A stretch of DNA of 64,000 nt. Origin: Candidatus Udaeobacter sp. (GTDB taxonomy: Bacteria > Verrucomicrobiota > Verrucomicrobiia > Chthoniobacterales > UBA10450). Every line of letters begins with the position of its first letter. The first letter of the stretch is position 1. Both the position numbers and the translations under genes were made by a program. Shown here in pieces: positions 27,161-37,036 of this stretch. The stretch is from NCBI GenBank assembly GCA_035255865.1, contig DATEZD010000177.1:3299-67298 (forward strand), in the 5' to 3' direction. The notes under the pieces are model-generated. The model did no database searches. It was not told the origin of the DNA and saw only the letters and a list, made by a program, of their open reading frames with translations.

Positions 27161-28888
27161 CTACAATCCCATCAACTCGCGAACGTATTTTACCGGCGGG
27201 CTGCCGTAGGAGACGACTTGATCGTTGTATTTCTTAAGGTTGAAATCCTTCCCCAATTTCCTCTGTTCCGCGGCGCGAAGATCGAGATGCTCGGTGGCGC
27301 CTACGAAATATGTGGAGAGCTGGGCAGAAGTCAGGCGAGCGCGTTTCCATTTCGCTACCGCTTCGCCTTCCTGCTGGTATCCCTCCTTCATCATCAGATC
27401 CATCGCTTCCTTTTCGTCCATGTTCCCTGCGTGAATGCTTTGGTCGAGAACGGCATTGCAGATGGCGCGCAGCCGCATCTTCAGCTGCTGCATTTTCACC
27501 TCGGGCCCGCCATAACCCTGTTCCGCCATCACCTGTTCACAATAAACCGCCCAACCCTCGACGAATGCGCCGCTCTGAAAAATCGCGCGCACCAAAGTGG
27601 GCGCGCGGAATTCATTGGCCCGAGCCAGTTGCAGGAAATGTCCCGGCATAGCCTCATGCACGGTCAAATCGCGAATCATGTAATTGTTGTACTCGCAGAA
27701 GAATGATTCCCTGCGTTCCGTTGACCAGTCCTTGGGCGTCGGCGCGACCGCGAAAAATGTTCTGCCGGTTTTATCGAGCGGACCCGGCGCGTCGCAGTAG
27801 GCGATAGCGACACCGCGCTTGAATTCGGGCATCGCGATCACATCCAGCTGCACATTCGGGACGGTGACCAAATCGCGTTGCTTTACGAAATTAGTCGCTT
27901 CCGTGACAATCTTTTTCGCGTAATCGACGACGGTAGCGTCGTCGGGATGTTGCTCGGCCAGCTTCCCGAGCACCGCGGCAGTGACCTTATGTTTATCCGC
28001 CAGCGTTTTATCGTCGGCGTTCGGAAAATATTTTCTGTAGAGCGGCAGCGCTGTTTCGTAGATGGTGGTCTGCGTCTGTTCCAAATCGGCCCTCGCCCGT
28101 TTCATGATTTCTTCCATTGGCAGGTCTGACGCGAGGGCGAAACGCAGCTTCTTTCGGTACTTCTCCGGGCCAAGGCGGAAGTCGCCGTCTGAGCGCGGCA
28201 ACAGATCGTTCTGGAGCCATTTCTTGTAATCCTCCATCGCGGCTGCGGTTTTTTCCTGTAACGGCGTGAGGTCTTTTTTCATTCGCGGCGACTGGTCGAG
28301 CAGAGGCGCCAATCCTTCACGCACGAGACTGATTGCACCCTGCGTCTGCTCGATCGCTGTTTCAGTGTGAACGCGCGGTGGGTGTTGCAGGTTGGCTTTC
28401 GCCTGAGCGATCACGCGCGGGATTTTCTCCATGCGCTGGCGCAGATTTGGAATCCGTTTTTCCGGTGACGCAAAATCTCGTGCGACCAAAAGATAAAGGC
28501 TGTTCGCGAGGCTTTGCATGTAAACGAGCGGATTCCATTCCAAGGCCCTCAGCTCTTCGGCCTGGAAGATTTGGTAATCGATGTTTTCCTTGAGAATTCG
28601 GAAATCGATGTTGTTCGCACCGGTAAGCTGCGACCCGTCGATGGAATTCAGCTTGTCGCGAAATTCCTTTTGCGTTGCCAAATCTTTTGCGCGCGCTTCA
28701 GGCGAATAATCGGTCAGCTGGCTGTCAAACCGATGGTCACCGAGCTCGGTCGCTTCCTCAGGATTGCCCTGCAAATATTGCTCGATGTAATCGTGGGCGA
28801 TCTTTTGAAACGCGTCGTCCTGCGTGTTGGCCGCTGCGTTCAACATCGACAACGACAATAAGACGCTCGCTGTGATAACGACTTTCAT
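27161..28888 (-). CDS. DUF885-family protein (putative secreted metallopeptidase-like)
   Basis: Signal peptide. VHEAMPGHFLQ matches the conserved HExxPGHxxQ of DUF885, and the 575-aa length is typical. Confidence 0.8.
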   Translation of the reverse strand: MKVVITASVLLSLSMLNAAANTQDDAFQKIAHDYIEQYLQGNPEEATELGDHRFDSQLTDYSPEARAKDLATQKEFRDKLNSIDGSQLTGANNIDFRILKENIDYQIFQAEELRALEWNPLVYMQSLANSLYLLVARDFASPEKRIPNLRQRMEKIPRVIAQAKANLQHPPRVHTETAIEQTQGAISLVREGLAPLLDQSPRMKKDLTPLQEKTAAAMEDYKKWLQNDLLPRSDGDFRLGPEKYRKKLRFALASDLPMEEIMKRARADLEQTQTTIYETALPLYRKYFPNADDKTLADKHKVTAAVLGKLAEQHPDDATVVDYAKKIVTEATNFVKQRDLVTVPNVQLDVIAMPEFKRGVAIAYCDAPGPLDKTGRTFFAVAPTPKDWSTERRESFFCEYNNYMIRDLTVHEAMPGHFLQLARANEFRAPTLVRAIFQSGAFVEGWAVYCEQVMAEQGYGGPEVKMQQLKMRLRAICNAVLDQSIHAGNMDEKEAMDLMMKEGYQQEGEAVAKWKRARLTSAQLSTYFVGATEHLDLRAAEQRKLGKDFNLKKYNDQVVSYGSPPVKYVRELMGL

Positions 28889-28894
28889 CCGATT

Positions 28895-30316
28895 TCAGCT
28901 CGGCGTGCCGCCGTGGAGAATCGGCTCCGTAGCGATTTCGTCGGGAGTGAGCTGCTGCGATTGCAGATAAGTGCGGCCCTTGTAGAAACAGGCGACAACC
29001 ACGAAGACGACAGCGGCTCCGAACATCAACCAGGTGAAAAAGACAAAGTACTGATAAGCGCTGAGCTTGTGCCCTGCGCCCAAGATCCATTTGTTGACCA
29101 GACCGACGAAGAGCTCACCTGAGGCGACCGTGAGAAGCCACAACGCCATGACCGAGCTCTTCATCGAGTTGGGCGACTGAGTATAGGAAAATTCCAACCC
29201 GGTGATCGAAACCATCGCTTCGCCCAGCGTAAGAATAACGTAGGCGAGAAGTTGCCAGTTGATGCTCGGCTTCAATCCGGCATCGATTTGGCCCTGAATC
29301 CAAACGATCACGACAAACGACAGGCCGGTAATAAAGAGACCGATGCCGATTTTGCGCAGCGGCGTGAGCGGGAAAATTTTGTCAATCGCGGGATAGATCA
29401 CGTAGTTGACCAATGGAATAAAAATCAGGATCAAAATTGGATTCGCGGTTTGGACCTGTGCCGCGATCAAATCCATCCCCATCCAGTGCAGATCCATCTT
29501 CTCGGCTTGCAACGTCCATTCTGCCCCGTTGCTCATTCCCCACAAGGCCCAGAAAACCAAAATGAAAACGTAAACCATCGCAATGCGCCCGAGGGTGATG
29601 AGACCTTCTTTACTGAAAGTTTCTTTCAAATAACCGAGGCCGGCCGGCGGCACGTGGACCATTTTCTTGCGCCCGCCCCAGAAAAATAAAGTCGCGATCA
29701 ACATCGCTATTCCGGGAATTCCGAACGCCCAGCCTGGCCCCCACTTGGGATTCGCGAGGAGCCATGGGCAGAGAATGGAGGAGATGAACGAGCCGGCGTT
29801 AATCGAAAAATAGAACCAGCCAAACATCTTTGAAAGCAGATGCTTGTTCGATTCGCCAAACTGATCGCCGACGTTGGCCGACACGCATGGTTTGATGCCG
29901 CCTGCGCCCAAACAGATCAGTGTCAGTCCAAGTATAAGCATCGTGCGTTGTCCGATGGCAATTCCCCAGGCAGTCGCCATGCACGCGAGAGTGAGATTGC
30001 CCAGGCAGTAAACGATTGAGAGCGATAGGATGGTCCAATATTTGCCGATCCAGCCATCGGCAATGATGGCGCCAAGAATCGGAAGGAAATAGACACCGAA
30101 CACGAAATAATGCGTATACATGTACGCTTCGTTCGGGCTCATCGGCGCCAGCGCTCCCGATTGATTCAAGATGTAGTGCGCCATGAAGACGGTCAGCACC
30201 GACTTCATTCCGTAGTAGGAGAAACGCTCGGCGGCTTCGTTGCCGATGATGTAAGGAACGCCCGGCGGCATGCCGGTAAGATTTGGGGGCGATGTTAAAT
30301 ACTTGTGTTTGGCCAT
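28895..30316 (-). CDS. Proton-dependent oligopeptide transporter (POT/PTR2 family)
   Basis: GNEAAERFSYYGMKSVL is the POT signature ExxERFxYYG. The protein has about 12-14 TM segments. Confidence 0.9.
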   Translation of the reverse strand: MAKHKYLTSPPNLTGMPPGVPYIIGNEAAERFSYYGMKSVLTVFMAHYILNQSGALAPMSPNEAYMYTHYFVFGVYFLPILGAIIADGWIGKYWTILSLSIVYCLGNLTLACMATAWGIAIGQRTMLILGLTLICLGAGGIKPCVSANVGDQFGESNKHLLSKMFGWFYFSINAGSFISSILCPWLLANPKWGPGWAFGIPGIAMLIATLFFWGGRKKMVHVPPAGLGYLKETFSKEGLITLGRIAMVYVFILVFWALWGMSNGAEWTLQAEKMDLHWMGMDLIAAQVQTANPILILIFIPLVNYVIYPAIDKIFPLTPLRKIGIGLFITGLSFVVIVWIQGQIDAGLKPSINWQLLAYVILTLGEAMVSITGLEFSYTQSPNSMKSSVMALWLLTVASGELFVGLVNKWILGAGHKLSAYQYFVFFTWLMFGAAVVFVVVACFYKGRTYLQSQQLTPDEIATEPILHGGTPS

Positions 30317-30331
30317 ACGCGTTGCTTTTGC

Positions 30332-30547
30332 CTAACGAGCTTCATGCGGAACAACTTCGACCGGACTGGCTGAGGCCGAAGGTTCGTCAGAATTCTTTTT
30401 CGTGGCGTGCGACCAGACTTTTGCTGGATCGGGCTGTTCGCGTTGAACGTCTGGCATCTGGCCGAGCGGATGTTTTTCGCAGGATATGCAAAAGAGAAGC
30501 ATGCCGAGCGCAACAGCGACGACGCACTGGCGAAGGAAGAGAGCCAT
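30332..30547 (-). CDS. Small putative lipoprotein
   Basis: MALFLRQCVVAVALGMLLFCISC has a lipobox-like L-F-C-I-S-C. It lies 15 nt upstream of the POT gene on the same strand. Confidence 0.35.
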   Translation of the reverse strand: MALFLRQCVVAVALGMLLFCISCEKHPLGQMPDVQREQPDPAKVWSHATKKNSDEPSASASPVEVVPHEAR

Positions 30548-30672
30548 AATGCGCTGCCACAGTTATCAGTCTCTGGTGTCGCGCGCAAGGATGAAAGCGT
30601 GGGTATGCCGTCACCTCCGGTCATAAGGGCTCTCTCGGTTCACCGCAGTGCGCGGCACCCCGTCAACGCGCG

Positions 30673-30780
30673 GTTATCCTGAACGGAGTGAAGGATCTCG
30701 CACAGGCTGGTTGAGCACGCTATTTAGCTTGCGTGTTCCAAGCTCGAATTGTGAGGTCCCTCACTGCGCTCGGGATGACA
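30673..30780. repeat. MITE/REP-like inverted-repeat element, same family
   Basis: Left arm gttatcctgaacggagtgaaggatctcgcaca. The reverse complement of the right arm is tgtcatcccgagcgcagtgagggacctcaca. It lies upstream of ftsK. Confidence 0.55.
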
Positions 30781-30815
30781 CGCGAGTGGGATCGGCAGAG
30801 ATGTATAAGAGATGA

Positions 30816-33281
30816 TTGAAAGACGCGGCTGTAGGATTACTATCACACGCGGTGGCCCGCACGGACAGAAACAGCGCTTGGAACGAAGTCTTCGCTCTCG
30901 TTCTACTTTTTATCGGCACGTTGCTGTTTTTTGCGCTGATTTCCTATACGCCAAAAGATATACCGTCGTGGATCTGGTTTAGCCGCGTTTCGCCAGCGAA
31001 TCATCCTGCGCAAAATTTCATCGGGCCCGTAGGCGCAATTGTGGCGGGCATTTGCTATCAAACCATTGGTGTTTTCGCTTCGCTGTTGCTGGCAGCGGTT
31101 CTACTCGGTTTCGGCGTGGCGAAATTGTTTCATCCTCGGTTGCGTGTAACGCCCCGAATTCCATGGATCGTTTTGTTCATCTTGTCTGGTGCGTGCCTGG
31201 ACCAGTTATGGGACATCAGCCACTTGCTCGGGTTGAAAGTGCCGGTGGACATTCAAGGACCCGGTGGCTTGATCGGCTATCGCCTGGCCGATGAACATCG
31301 CGGCATGCTCCGCGCCGCGCTTGGCCCTGTCGGCTCGCTTGTTCTCGTGATGGGAATTTATGCGACCACGCTGATTTTGGTTACGGGGCTGCGCCCGATT
31401 CACCTGATTCGCGAAACGGTTGCCACCACGCGACGGGTGGGGGCAGCGCTTCAGGAATGGCAATTGCGCCGAAGGCTGCGCAAAGCCGATCTCAAAGGAA
31501 AACTGGAGATCAGGGAGAAGCAGCTGGCGAAGGAGCGGCGCATGTACGAAAAGGCGTTGAGAAAGAAAGGCATGCCTGTGTCCGAGCCGGTCGGCGCGAC
31601 CATTTCGCCGGAGGAACTGGCAGATCGCCCAGAGCCAAAGGTGGTCGATACAACCGCGCTACCGAGCGAGCACGTCCGGCCGTTTGGCCGGAAGCCATCT
31701 CTCGCAGAATTGCGCGCCAGCGAGGAAAAACCAAAAGCGGGTTCCAGCGTGGCCACCGCTGCTTCCAGCTGGGAAGATTATGTCTTGCCAGGATTGGACC
31801 TACTCGATGAGCACAGTTTAGAAGGCCGCGCGGCCGCCGATCCGTCTGAGTTAGAGGAGGTCCGGCAAATCCTGATTGATACGCTAGGGCAATTCGGCAT
31901 TGCCGTGGCGCCCGGCGACATTACCAAAGGCCCTACGATCACGCGCTACGAAGTGTACCCGGCAAAGGGCGTGCGTGTGGACAAGATTGTGAGCTTGGAG
32001 CGAGACCTTGCCCGAGCGACACGCGCTGAGCGGATCAACATTCTCGCGCCGATCCCCGGCAAAGACACGGTCGGCATCGAGCTGGCGAATACTCGAAAAG
32101 TTACAGTGAAACTGCGCGAAATGTTGCAATCGTCCGATTGGGAAGAAACAAAAGCGCGCGCGAAAATTCCGCTGACGCTCGGCAAAGATGTTTACGGTAA
32201 GGCGATCATCACCGATTTGGCGCAAATGCCACATCTCCTGGTGGCCGGCACCACTGGCAGCGGGAAAAGCGTTTGTATCAATGCGCTGATCGCCAGCATG
32301 CTCTTTCGCTTCACGCCGGAAGAACTGCGTTTTGTGATCATCGATCCAAAGATAGTCGAAATGCAGGCATACAATTCGCTGCCGCATCTCGCGTTCCCGA
32401 TCGTTACGGACCCGAAGAAAGTGTTGCTCGCCTTACGGTGGTTGATCGACGAGATGGAACGCCGCTACAAAATGTTTGCCCGCGTAGGCGTGCGCAACAT
32501 CGTCGGCTTTAATGGGCGGCCAAAGAAAAAGGCCGTAGCCGCGGGCGCTGACCGCGGTGGAGAAGATGAAACTCCTGACGAGCGGCCGGGCTCAACGCCG
32601 CCGGCTACAGAAGAGATTCCCGACAAAATTCCTTACATCGTTGTGATCATCGACGAGCTGGCTGATCTGATGCAAACCGCGCCGGCGGACGTCGAGACGG
32701 CGATTGCGCGTATCACACAAATGGCGCGCGCGGCAGGCATTCACCTGATTGTGGCCACGCAAACGCCGCGCGCGGACGTGATCACCGGCGTAATTAAAGC
32801 GAATATACCTTGTCGAATCGCATTTCAGGTCGCCTCCAAGATCGATAGTCGCGTCATTCTCGATGAAAACGGAGCCGATCGCCTGCTCGGACAGGGCGAC
32901 ATGCTTTATCTCCCGCCGAGCACTTCGCGTCTCATTCGTGCGCAAGGCGTGCTTGTCACGGATGAAGAAATTCATCGTCTGGTAGAATTCGTTTCAGGAC
33001 AAAGCCCGCCTGCTTTTGACACTGCGATGCATGAGAAGCTTCAATCCACAGCCGCGCCGGAAGAAGAGGTGACCAGCGAAGATGAAGAGTTGGTCGAGAA
33101 ATGCCTTGAAATCATTCGACAAGAAAAACGCGCTTCCACTTCATTGCTTCAACGTCGGCTTCGGCTGGGTTACACCCGCGCCGCGCGCATCGTTGATATT
33201 CTGGAGCAGCGCGGTATTTTGGGTCCCGGCGAAGGCGCCAAACCACGCGAGATTCTGGTCGATCTCGATGCTGCCGTTTAG
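30816..33281 (+). CDS. ftsK: DNA translocase FtsK/SpoIIIE
   Basis: N-terminal TM helices and a linker. LLVAGTTGSGKSVCINALI (Walker A), IVVIIDELADLM (Walker B) and a C-terminal gamma winged-helix domain (RRLRLGYTRAARIVDILE). Confidence 0.95.
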   Translation: MKDAAVGLLSHAVARTDRNSAWNEVFALVLLFIGTLLFFALISYTPKDIPSWIWFSRVSPANHPAQNFIGPVGAIVAGICYQTIGVFASLLLAAVLLGFGVAKLFHPRLRVTPRIPWIVLFILSGACLDQLWDISHLLGLKVPVDIQGPGGLIGYRLADEHRGMLRAALGPVGSLVLVMGIYATTLILVTGLRPIHLIRETVATTRRVGAALQEWQLRRRLRKADLKGKLEIREKQLAKERRMYEKALRKKGMPVSEPVGATISPEELADRPEPKVVDTTALPSEHVRPFGRKPSLAELRASEEKPKAGSSVATAASSWEDYVLPGLDLLDEHSLEGRAAADPSELEEVRQILIDTLGQFGIAVAPGDITKGPTITRYEVYPAKGVRVDKIVSLERDLARATRAERINILAPIPGKDTVGIELANTRKVTVKLREMLQSSDWEETKARAKIPLTLGKDVYGKAIITDLAQMPHLLVAGTTGSGKSVCINALIASMLFRFTPEELRFVIIDPKIVEMQAYNSLPHLAFPIVTDPKKVLLALRWLIDEMERRYKMFARVGVRNIVGFNGRPKKKAVAAGADRGGEDETPDERPGSTPPATEEIPDKIPYIVVIIDELADLMQTAPADVETAIARITQMARAAGIHLIVATQTPRADVITGVIKANIPCRIAFQVASKIDSRVILDENGADRLLGQGDMLYLPPSTSRLIRAQGVLVTDEEIHRLVEFVSGQSPPAFDTAMHEKLQSTAAPEEEVTSEDEELVEKCLEIIRQEKRASTSLLQRRLRLGYTRAARIVDILEQRGILGPGEGAKPREILVDLDAAV

Positions 33282-33299
33282 CCGGCATTTTTCGCGCTA

Positions 33300-34229
33300 A
33301 TGACGATAGAAGGACTCGGTAAAAAATTTCAGGAAGCGCGGCGCGCGAGAAATCTCACGCTCGATGAAGCAGCGCGGATGACGAAGATTCGTCCTGCCCG
33401 GCTCGCGGAAATCGAGGCGGACGATTTTTCTCAGTTTCCGAGTCTGGCGTACGCAAAAGGGTTCCTGCTTATCTATGGAAAATTTTTGGACGTCGATGTC
33501 ACGCCATATCTTGATGCGTTCGAGGATTCCGAGCGCGTGACGGTCGATGGCTACTCATACCTCCAAGAGAATCGCCCTGAGAAGCCAGTCAGCGCGCCAG
33601 TTGTGCCGCGCCGTCCTGCTTCCGTTGTTCGCGGCGATCGTGTTTCGCCGATGCCACTAATTGTGGGGATTGCGGTGTTGGTAATTGGTTTTTTGTTAAT
33701 GAAATTGGTTCTCAATGTGCAGCGACTCGCTCCGGCGCGGGGCCAGTCCACCGCGCAGGTGTCACCCAGCGCAGCGCCTGTTTCGCCTGCACCGACTCAA
33801 GCGGCGCCAGGTAATGTTGCCGCCGCTTCATCGGTCGCGACAACCCCGAAGGCTTTCGGGGAGTCGACGACCGCACCGAATCCGGTCGCGGCGGCTGCCG
33901 TGATACCCAGTGAGCCGGAGGTGCGTCGCGCCAAGCCTGTGACTCGAGATGATTTGGCCAAAGCACAAGAGGTGGCAAATCCATCGCCCGCAGAATCAGG
34001 CGACCAGAATCGGGTCGCGATTCTCCCACTTAAAAGAACCTACGTGAAAGTGACCGTAGGCGACGAGAACGGCAAGCCCGCGTTCGAACGTTGGGTGTCG
34101 CCGACTGATGGCGCGGTTGAATTTCGCGGCAAACACGTCTCGATTCGGGTTCTCGATCGTGAGGCCGTTACAATCACGAAAAACGGCAAGGCGCTGGAAG
34201 AGGACGATCAAGACGTGACGGTGAACTGA
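33300..34229 (+). CDS. RodZ-like cytoskeleton protein (HTH + TM + C-terminal DUF4115-like domain)
   Basis: An N-terminal HTH (ARRARNLTLDEAARMTKIRPARLAEIE), a single TM, a Pro/Ala-rich linker and a C-terminal beta domain. Confidence 0.65.
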   Translation: MTIEGLGKKFQEARRARNLTLDEAARMTKIRPARLAEIEADDFSQFPSLAYAKGFLLIYGKFLDVDVTPYLDAFEDSERVTVDGYSYLQENRPEKPVSAPVVPRRPASVVRGDRVSPMPLIVGIAVLVIGFLLMKLVLNVQRLAPARGQSTAQVSPSAAPVSPAPTQAAPGNVAAASSVATTPKAFGESTTAPNPVAAAAVIPSEPEVRRAKPVTRDDLAKAQEVANPSPAESGDQNRVAILPLKRTYVKVTVGDENGKPAFERWVSPTDGAVEFRGKHVSIRVLDREAVTITKNGKALEEDDQDVTVN

Positions 34230-34283
34230 GGGTAGTCAGAAGGGTCCTGAGAAAACGCCCAACGTCGAACATCGAATACTGAG

Positions 34284-35732
34284 ATGAAAACAAAAGGGAA
34301 TCATGTCGCCTGGAAACCAAAGGTCGGCATGATCAGTCTCGGTTGCGCTAAAAATCTTGTCGATGCAGAGATCATGCTGGGAAGCGTTTTACAGCGAGGA
34401 ATGGAAATCACATCGCGCCCAGAGGACGCCGATGTGCTGGTCGTTAACACGTGCGCGTTTATTGATTCAGCCAAGGAAGAATCCATCGAAGCGATTCTGG
34501 AGGCGCATCAACAGCGCGGCTTAAACAGAGGGCAAGATCAAAAACTGATCGTAAGCGGCTGCATGTCGCAACGATTCGCAAAAGAACTACGTCACGAGCT
34601 GCCGGAGGTGGATGCGTTTATCGGACTCGATCAGGTCAGTGAGCTTGGAGAAATTGTGGAAACAATTCTCAGAAAACGTCCAGCGCCGAATGCTGAACGC
34701 CCAACGCACAATGCAGACCGTTGGACGTTGGACGTTGATTCCGAAAACGGCGATGTCGATCTTTCATTCGCGGACCGGCGCCCCACGTACATTCCAGACT
34801 ACGACACGCCCCGCTTCAGGCTCACGCCAGAGCATTTCGCTTACGTAAAGATTGCTGAAGGCTGCAATCACCCATGCAGTTTTTGCGTGATTCCGCAGAT
34901 GCGGGGAAAACACCGCAGCCGCCAACCCGAATCGGTGCTGGCGGAAATTCGCGGACTCGTCGCGGAGGGCGTGCGCGAGATTAACTTGATCAGCCAGGAC
35001 ACCACCTATTACGGCATGGATTTGTGGCCAGAGAAAGCGGGGCCGCGTCAGCCGATCGATTCGACTCGCGGACCAACTCTCGCTGCGCTGCTCCGTGAAA
35101 TTCAAAAGATCGAAGGCGAATTCTGGGTGCGCCTGCTCTATACGCACCCGGCGCATTGGAGTGATGAACTGATTGAGACTATCGCGCAGTGCGATAAGGT
35201 CGCGCGCTACATCGATATTCCTCTGCAACATATCGACGATTCAATGTTGAGCCGGATGCGACGCGAAACGTCGCGCAGATATATCGAAAGGTTAATCGAG
35301 AAACTGCGCGCTGGGATTGCCGGCGTCACGTTGCGCACGACTTTCATCGTGGGGTTTCCCGGCGAAACGGACGCCGAATTTACCAGCCTTCTCGATTTCA
35401 TTCGTCGCGTCCGGTTTGAACGGCTTGGCATCTTTAAATATTCTCAGGAAGACGGCTCGCGCGCAGCGAAAATGCCGGAACAAATTCCTGCAAAAATCAA
35501 GATCGCACGTTATCGTGAGGCAATGTCAGTGCAGCAGCAGGTTGCGCACGACATCGCTCGCGAAAAGATTGGAAGCGAACTGAAATTGCTGGTTGATCAG
35601 CAGCATATCGCCCGAAGCGAAGGCGATGCCCCGGATGTCGATGCGCGCGTTATTCTATCCAAGGCCGCGCCCGTCGGCGAGTTTGTTTGGCGCAGGATTA
35701 CTGGAAGCCGGGGCTACGATCTGCTTGCTTAA
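34284..35732 (+). CDS. rimO: Ribosomal protein S12 methylthiotransferase
   Basis: MTTase N-terminal domain (VGMISLGCAKNLVDAE...NTCAFI), radical-SAM CNHPCSFCVIP and a C-terminal TRAM domain. It carries an extra linker segment (see findings). Confidence 0.9.
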   Translation: MKTKGNHVAWKPKVGMISLGCAKNLVDAEIMLGSVLQRGMEITSRPEDADVLVVNTCAFIDSAKEESIEAILEAHQQRGLNRGQDQKLIVSGCMSQRFAKELRHELPEVDAFIGLDQVSELGEIVETILRKRPAPNAERPTHNADRWTLDVDSENGDVDLSFADRRPTYIPDYDTPRFRLTPEHFAYVKIAEGCNHPCSFCVIPQMRGKHRSRQPESVLAEIRGLVAEGVREINLISQDTTYYGMDLWPEKAGPRQPIDSTRGPTLAALLREIQKIEGEFWVRLLYTHPAHWSDELIETIAQCDKVARYIDIPLQHIDDSMLSRMRRETSRRYIERLIEKLRAGIAGVTLRTTFIVGFPGETDAEFTSLLDFIRRVRFERLGIFKYSQEDGSRAAKMPEQIPAKIKIARYREAMSVQQQVAHDIAREKIGSELKLLVDQQHIARSEGDAPDVDARVILSKAAPVGEFVWRRITGSRGYDLLA

Positions 35733-35794
35733 GGTACGTTTAAGAGATGACAAGCGAGCGTTTTTTGAGCAGACTTTTAAGTTGAATTTATTTC

Positions 35795-36220
35795 ATGGCC
35801 GGCCCGAACGAATCCAAAAAAGAAAACGTTGGCATTGAGTTACCGCTTCCTCCTCCAGGAAGATCACCGGATCCGAACATAAAACCGCGCGAAACGGCGC
35901 CAGTCCAGTTGCCGGTTCGTGAGCCCGTGGGCAAGACGCCTCTTCCCACTCCAATTCCGACGCCGATACCTGCACCGGTCGCGCACGCGTCACACTCCTC
36001 AGGTCTAAGCGAGGAAACAGCACGGGTTTCGGGTATGCCGGATTCGGCGGCGGCTGAGATGAGAAAAACCCAGCCTCTTATCGCCATGCCAGACGTCACT
36101 GCGCATAATCCTTCAATCGCTCTGGCGCTTGGGAAGAAAAACTCAATGCTGCTGTTATGGATACTGTTCGGCGTTTCTCTCCTGATTTTGATTATTCAGA
36201 TTTGGACTTACCTTTCATAA
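35795..36220 (+). CDS. Hypothetical Pro-rich protein with a C-terminal TM anchor
   Basis: Low-complexity PxP region and a C-terminal LLLWILFGVSLLILIIQIW. Confidence 0.45.
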   Translation: MAGPNESKKENVGIELPLPPPGRSPDPNIKPRETAPVQLPVREPVGKTPLPTPIPTPIPAPVAHASHSSGLSEETARVSGMPDSAAAEMRKTQPLIAMPDVTAHNPSIALALGKKNSMLLLWILFGVSLLILIIQIWTYLS

Positions 36221-36224
36221 AGCC

Positions 36225-36554
36225 ATGGAAAATTCTACCGTTATTAAGCTCGATGAATCCAATTTTGACCGCGAACTGACGCAAGACGACAAGCCTGTGA
36301 TCGTCGATTTTTGGGCGGAGTGGTGCGGTCCATGTAAAATGATCGTGCCGCTGCTGGATGAGATTGCGCGCGAAAAAGCCGGCGCGGTCAAGGTAGCAAA
36401 AGTGAACGTGGACGAAAATCAGAGTCTCTCGTTCAAGTACAACATTCGCGCGATCCCGGCTCTTCTCTTTTTCAAGAACGGCCAACTGCGCGATCAAGTC
36501 ACCGGTGTCACGAGCAAAAAAGATTTGTTGAATCGGCTCGACGCGCTGGCGTAG
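36225..36554 (+). CDS. trxA: Thioredoxin
   Basis: FWAEWCGPCKMI active site. 109 aa. Confidence 0.95.
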   Translation: MENSTVIKLDESNFDRELTQDDKPVIVDFWAEWCGPCKMIVPLLDEIAREKAGAVKVAKVNVDENQSLSFKYNIRAIPALLFFKNGQLRDQVTGVTSKKDLLNRLDALA

Positions 36555-36794
36555 GAGTTCTTCGTCCCGGCGAAAAATTCGAGTGATCATCGCGCTGCCA
36601 ATGGCGCAATTCTGCTCGTTATCGTGCTGGCGTTCGTGATGTATGTGACACGTAAGGCAGATCGGAAGGCTGGGGTCGCGCCTAAAAATTAGCAAACCAG
36701 AGATCGCAAAGGCGCACCAATCCGAGTTTGCCCAGGCAAATGCCCTAGGAACTAACTGATCAACCGTAGGTATTGCTTATTTTTTTCTTAGGGC

Positions 36795-36823
36795 TTGACC
36801 GGTTTGGACAGTTCGGATAAAAG
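36795..36823 (+). promoter_or_regulatory. Candidate sigma70-type promoter for the eCIS operon (TTGACC-17 nt-TAAAAG)
   Basis: TTGACC at 36795-36800, a 17-nt spacer, then TAAAAG at 36818-36823. It sits in the 482-nt gap between trxA and the sheath gene. It is followed by the 12-nt palindrome cccccgcggggg at 36831-36842. This is sequence resemblance only. Confidence 0.25.
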
Positions 36824-37036
36824 TAAATTTCCCCCGCGGGGGATTGCGTCGCGGACCGAAGCGCTATGAGAAACATTAGACTGCATGACTAACACAAAAA
36901 ACATCATTTGGGTTGTGGTCCAGCGACCCTCCCCAGCAGGGGACGCGAGCTCACTGCCGATTTCTCCCGAACTGCTTTCACACAGATGTCGTCTGCCATT
37001 GAATTCCTGCCAAACTCAACCTTCACTCTCCTGATT

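Noticed and set aside
36601-36615. Sigma54-type promoter (TGGCGCaattcTGCT) upstream of the eCIS operon
   Set aside because: The GG-to-GC spacing is one nucleotide short of the -24/-12 consensus, the -12 element is TGCT instead of TTGC, and the site lies about 420 nt from the sheath start.
36555-36672. Small ORF with a TM-like peptide (NGAILLVIVLAFVMYVTRK) just downstream of trxA
   Set aside because: The open frame from 36555 has no ATG/GTG/TTG start upstream of the hydrophobic segment, apart from an internal GTG that would give about 20 aa. There is no RBS.
36192-36695. 167-aa minus-strand ORF covering trxA
   Set aside because: It is antisense to an unambiguous thioredoxin gene (WCGPC) and has no recognisable motif.
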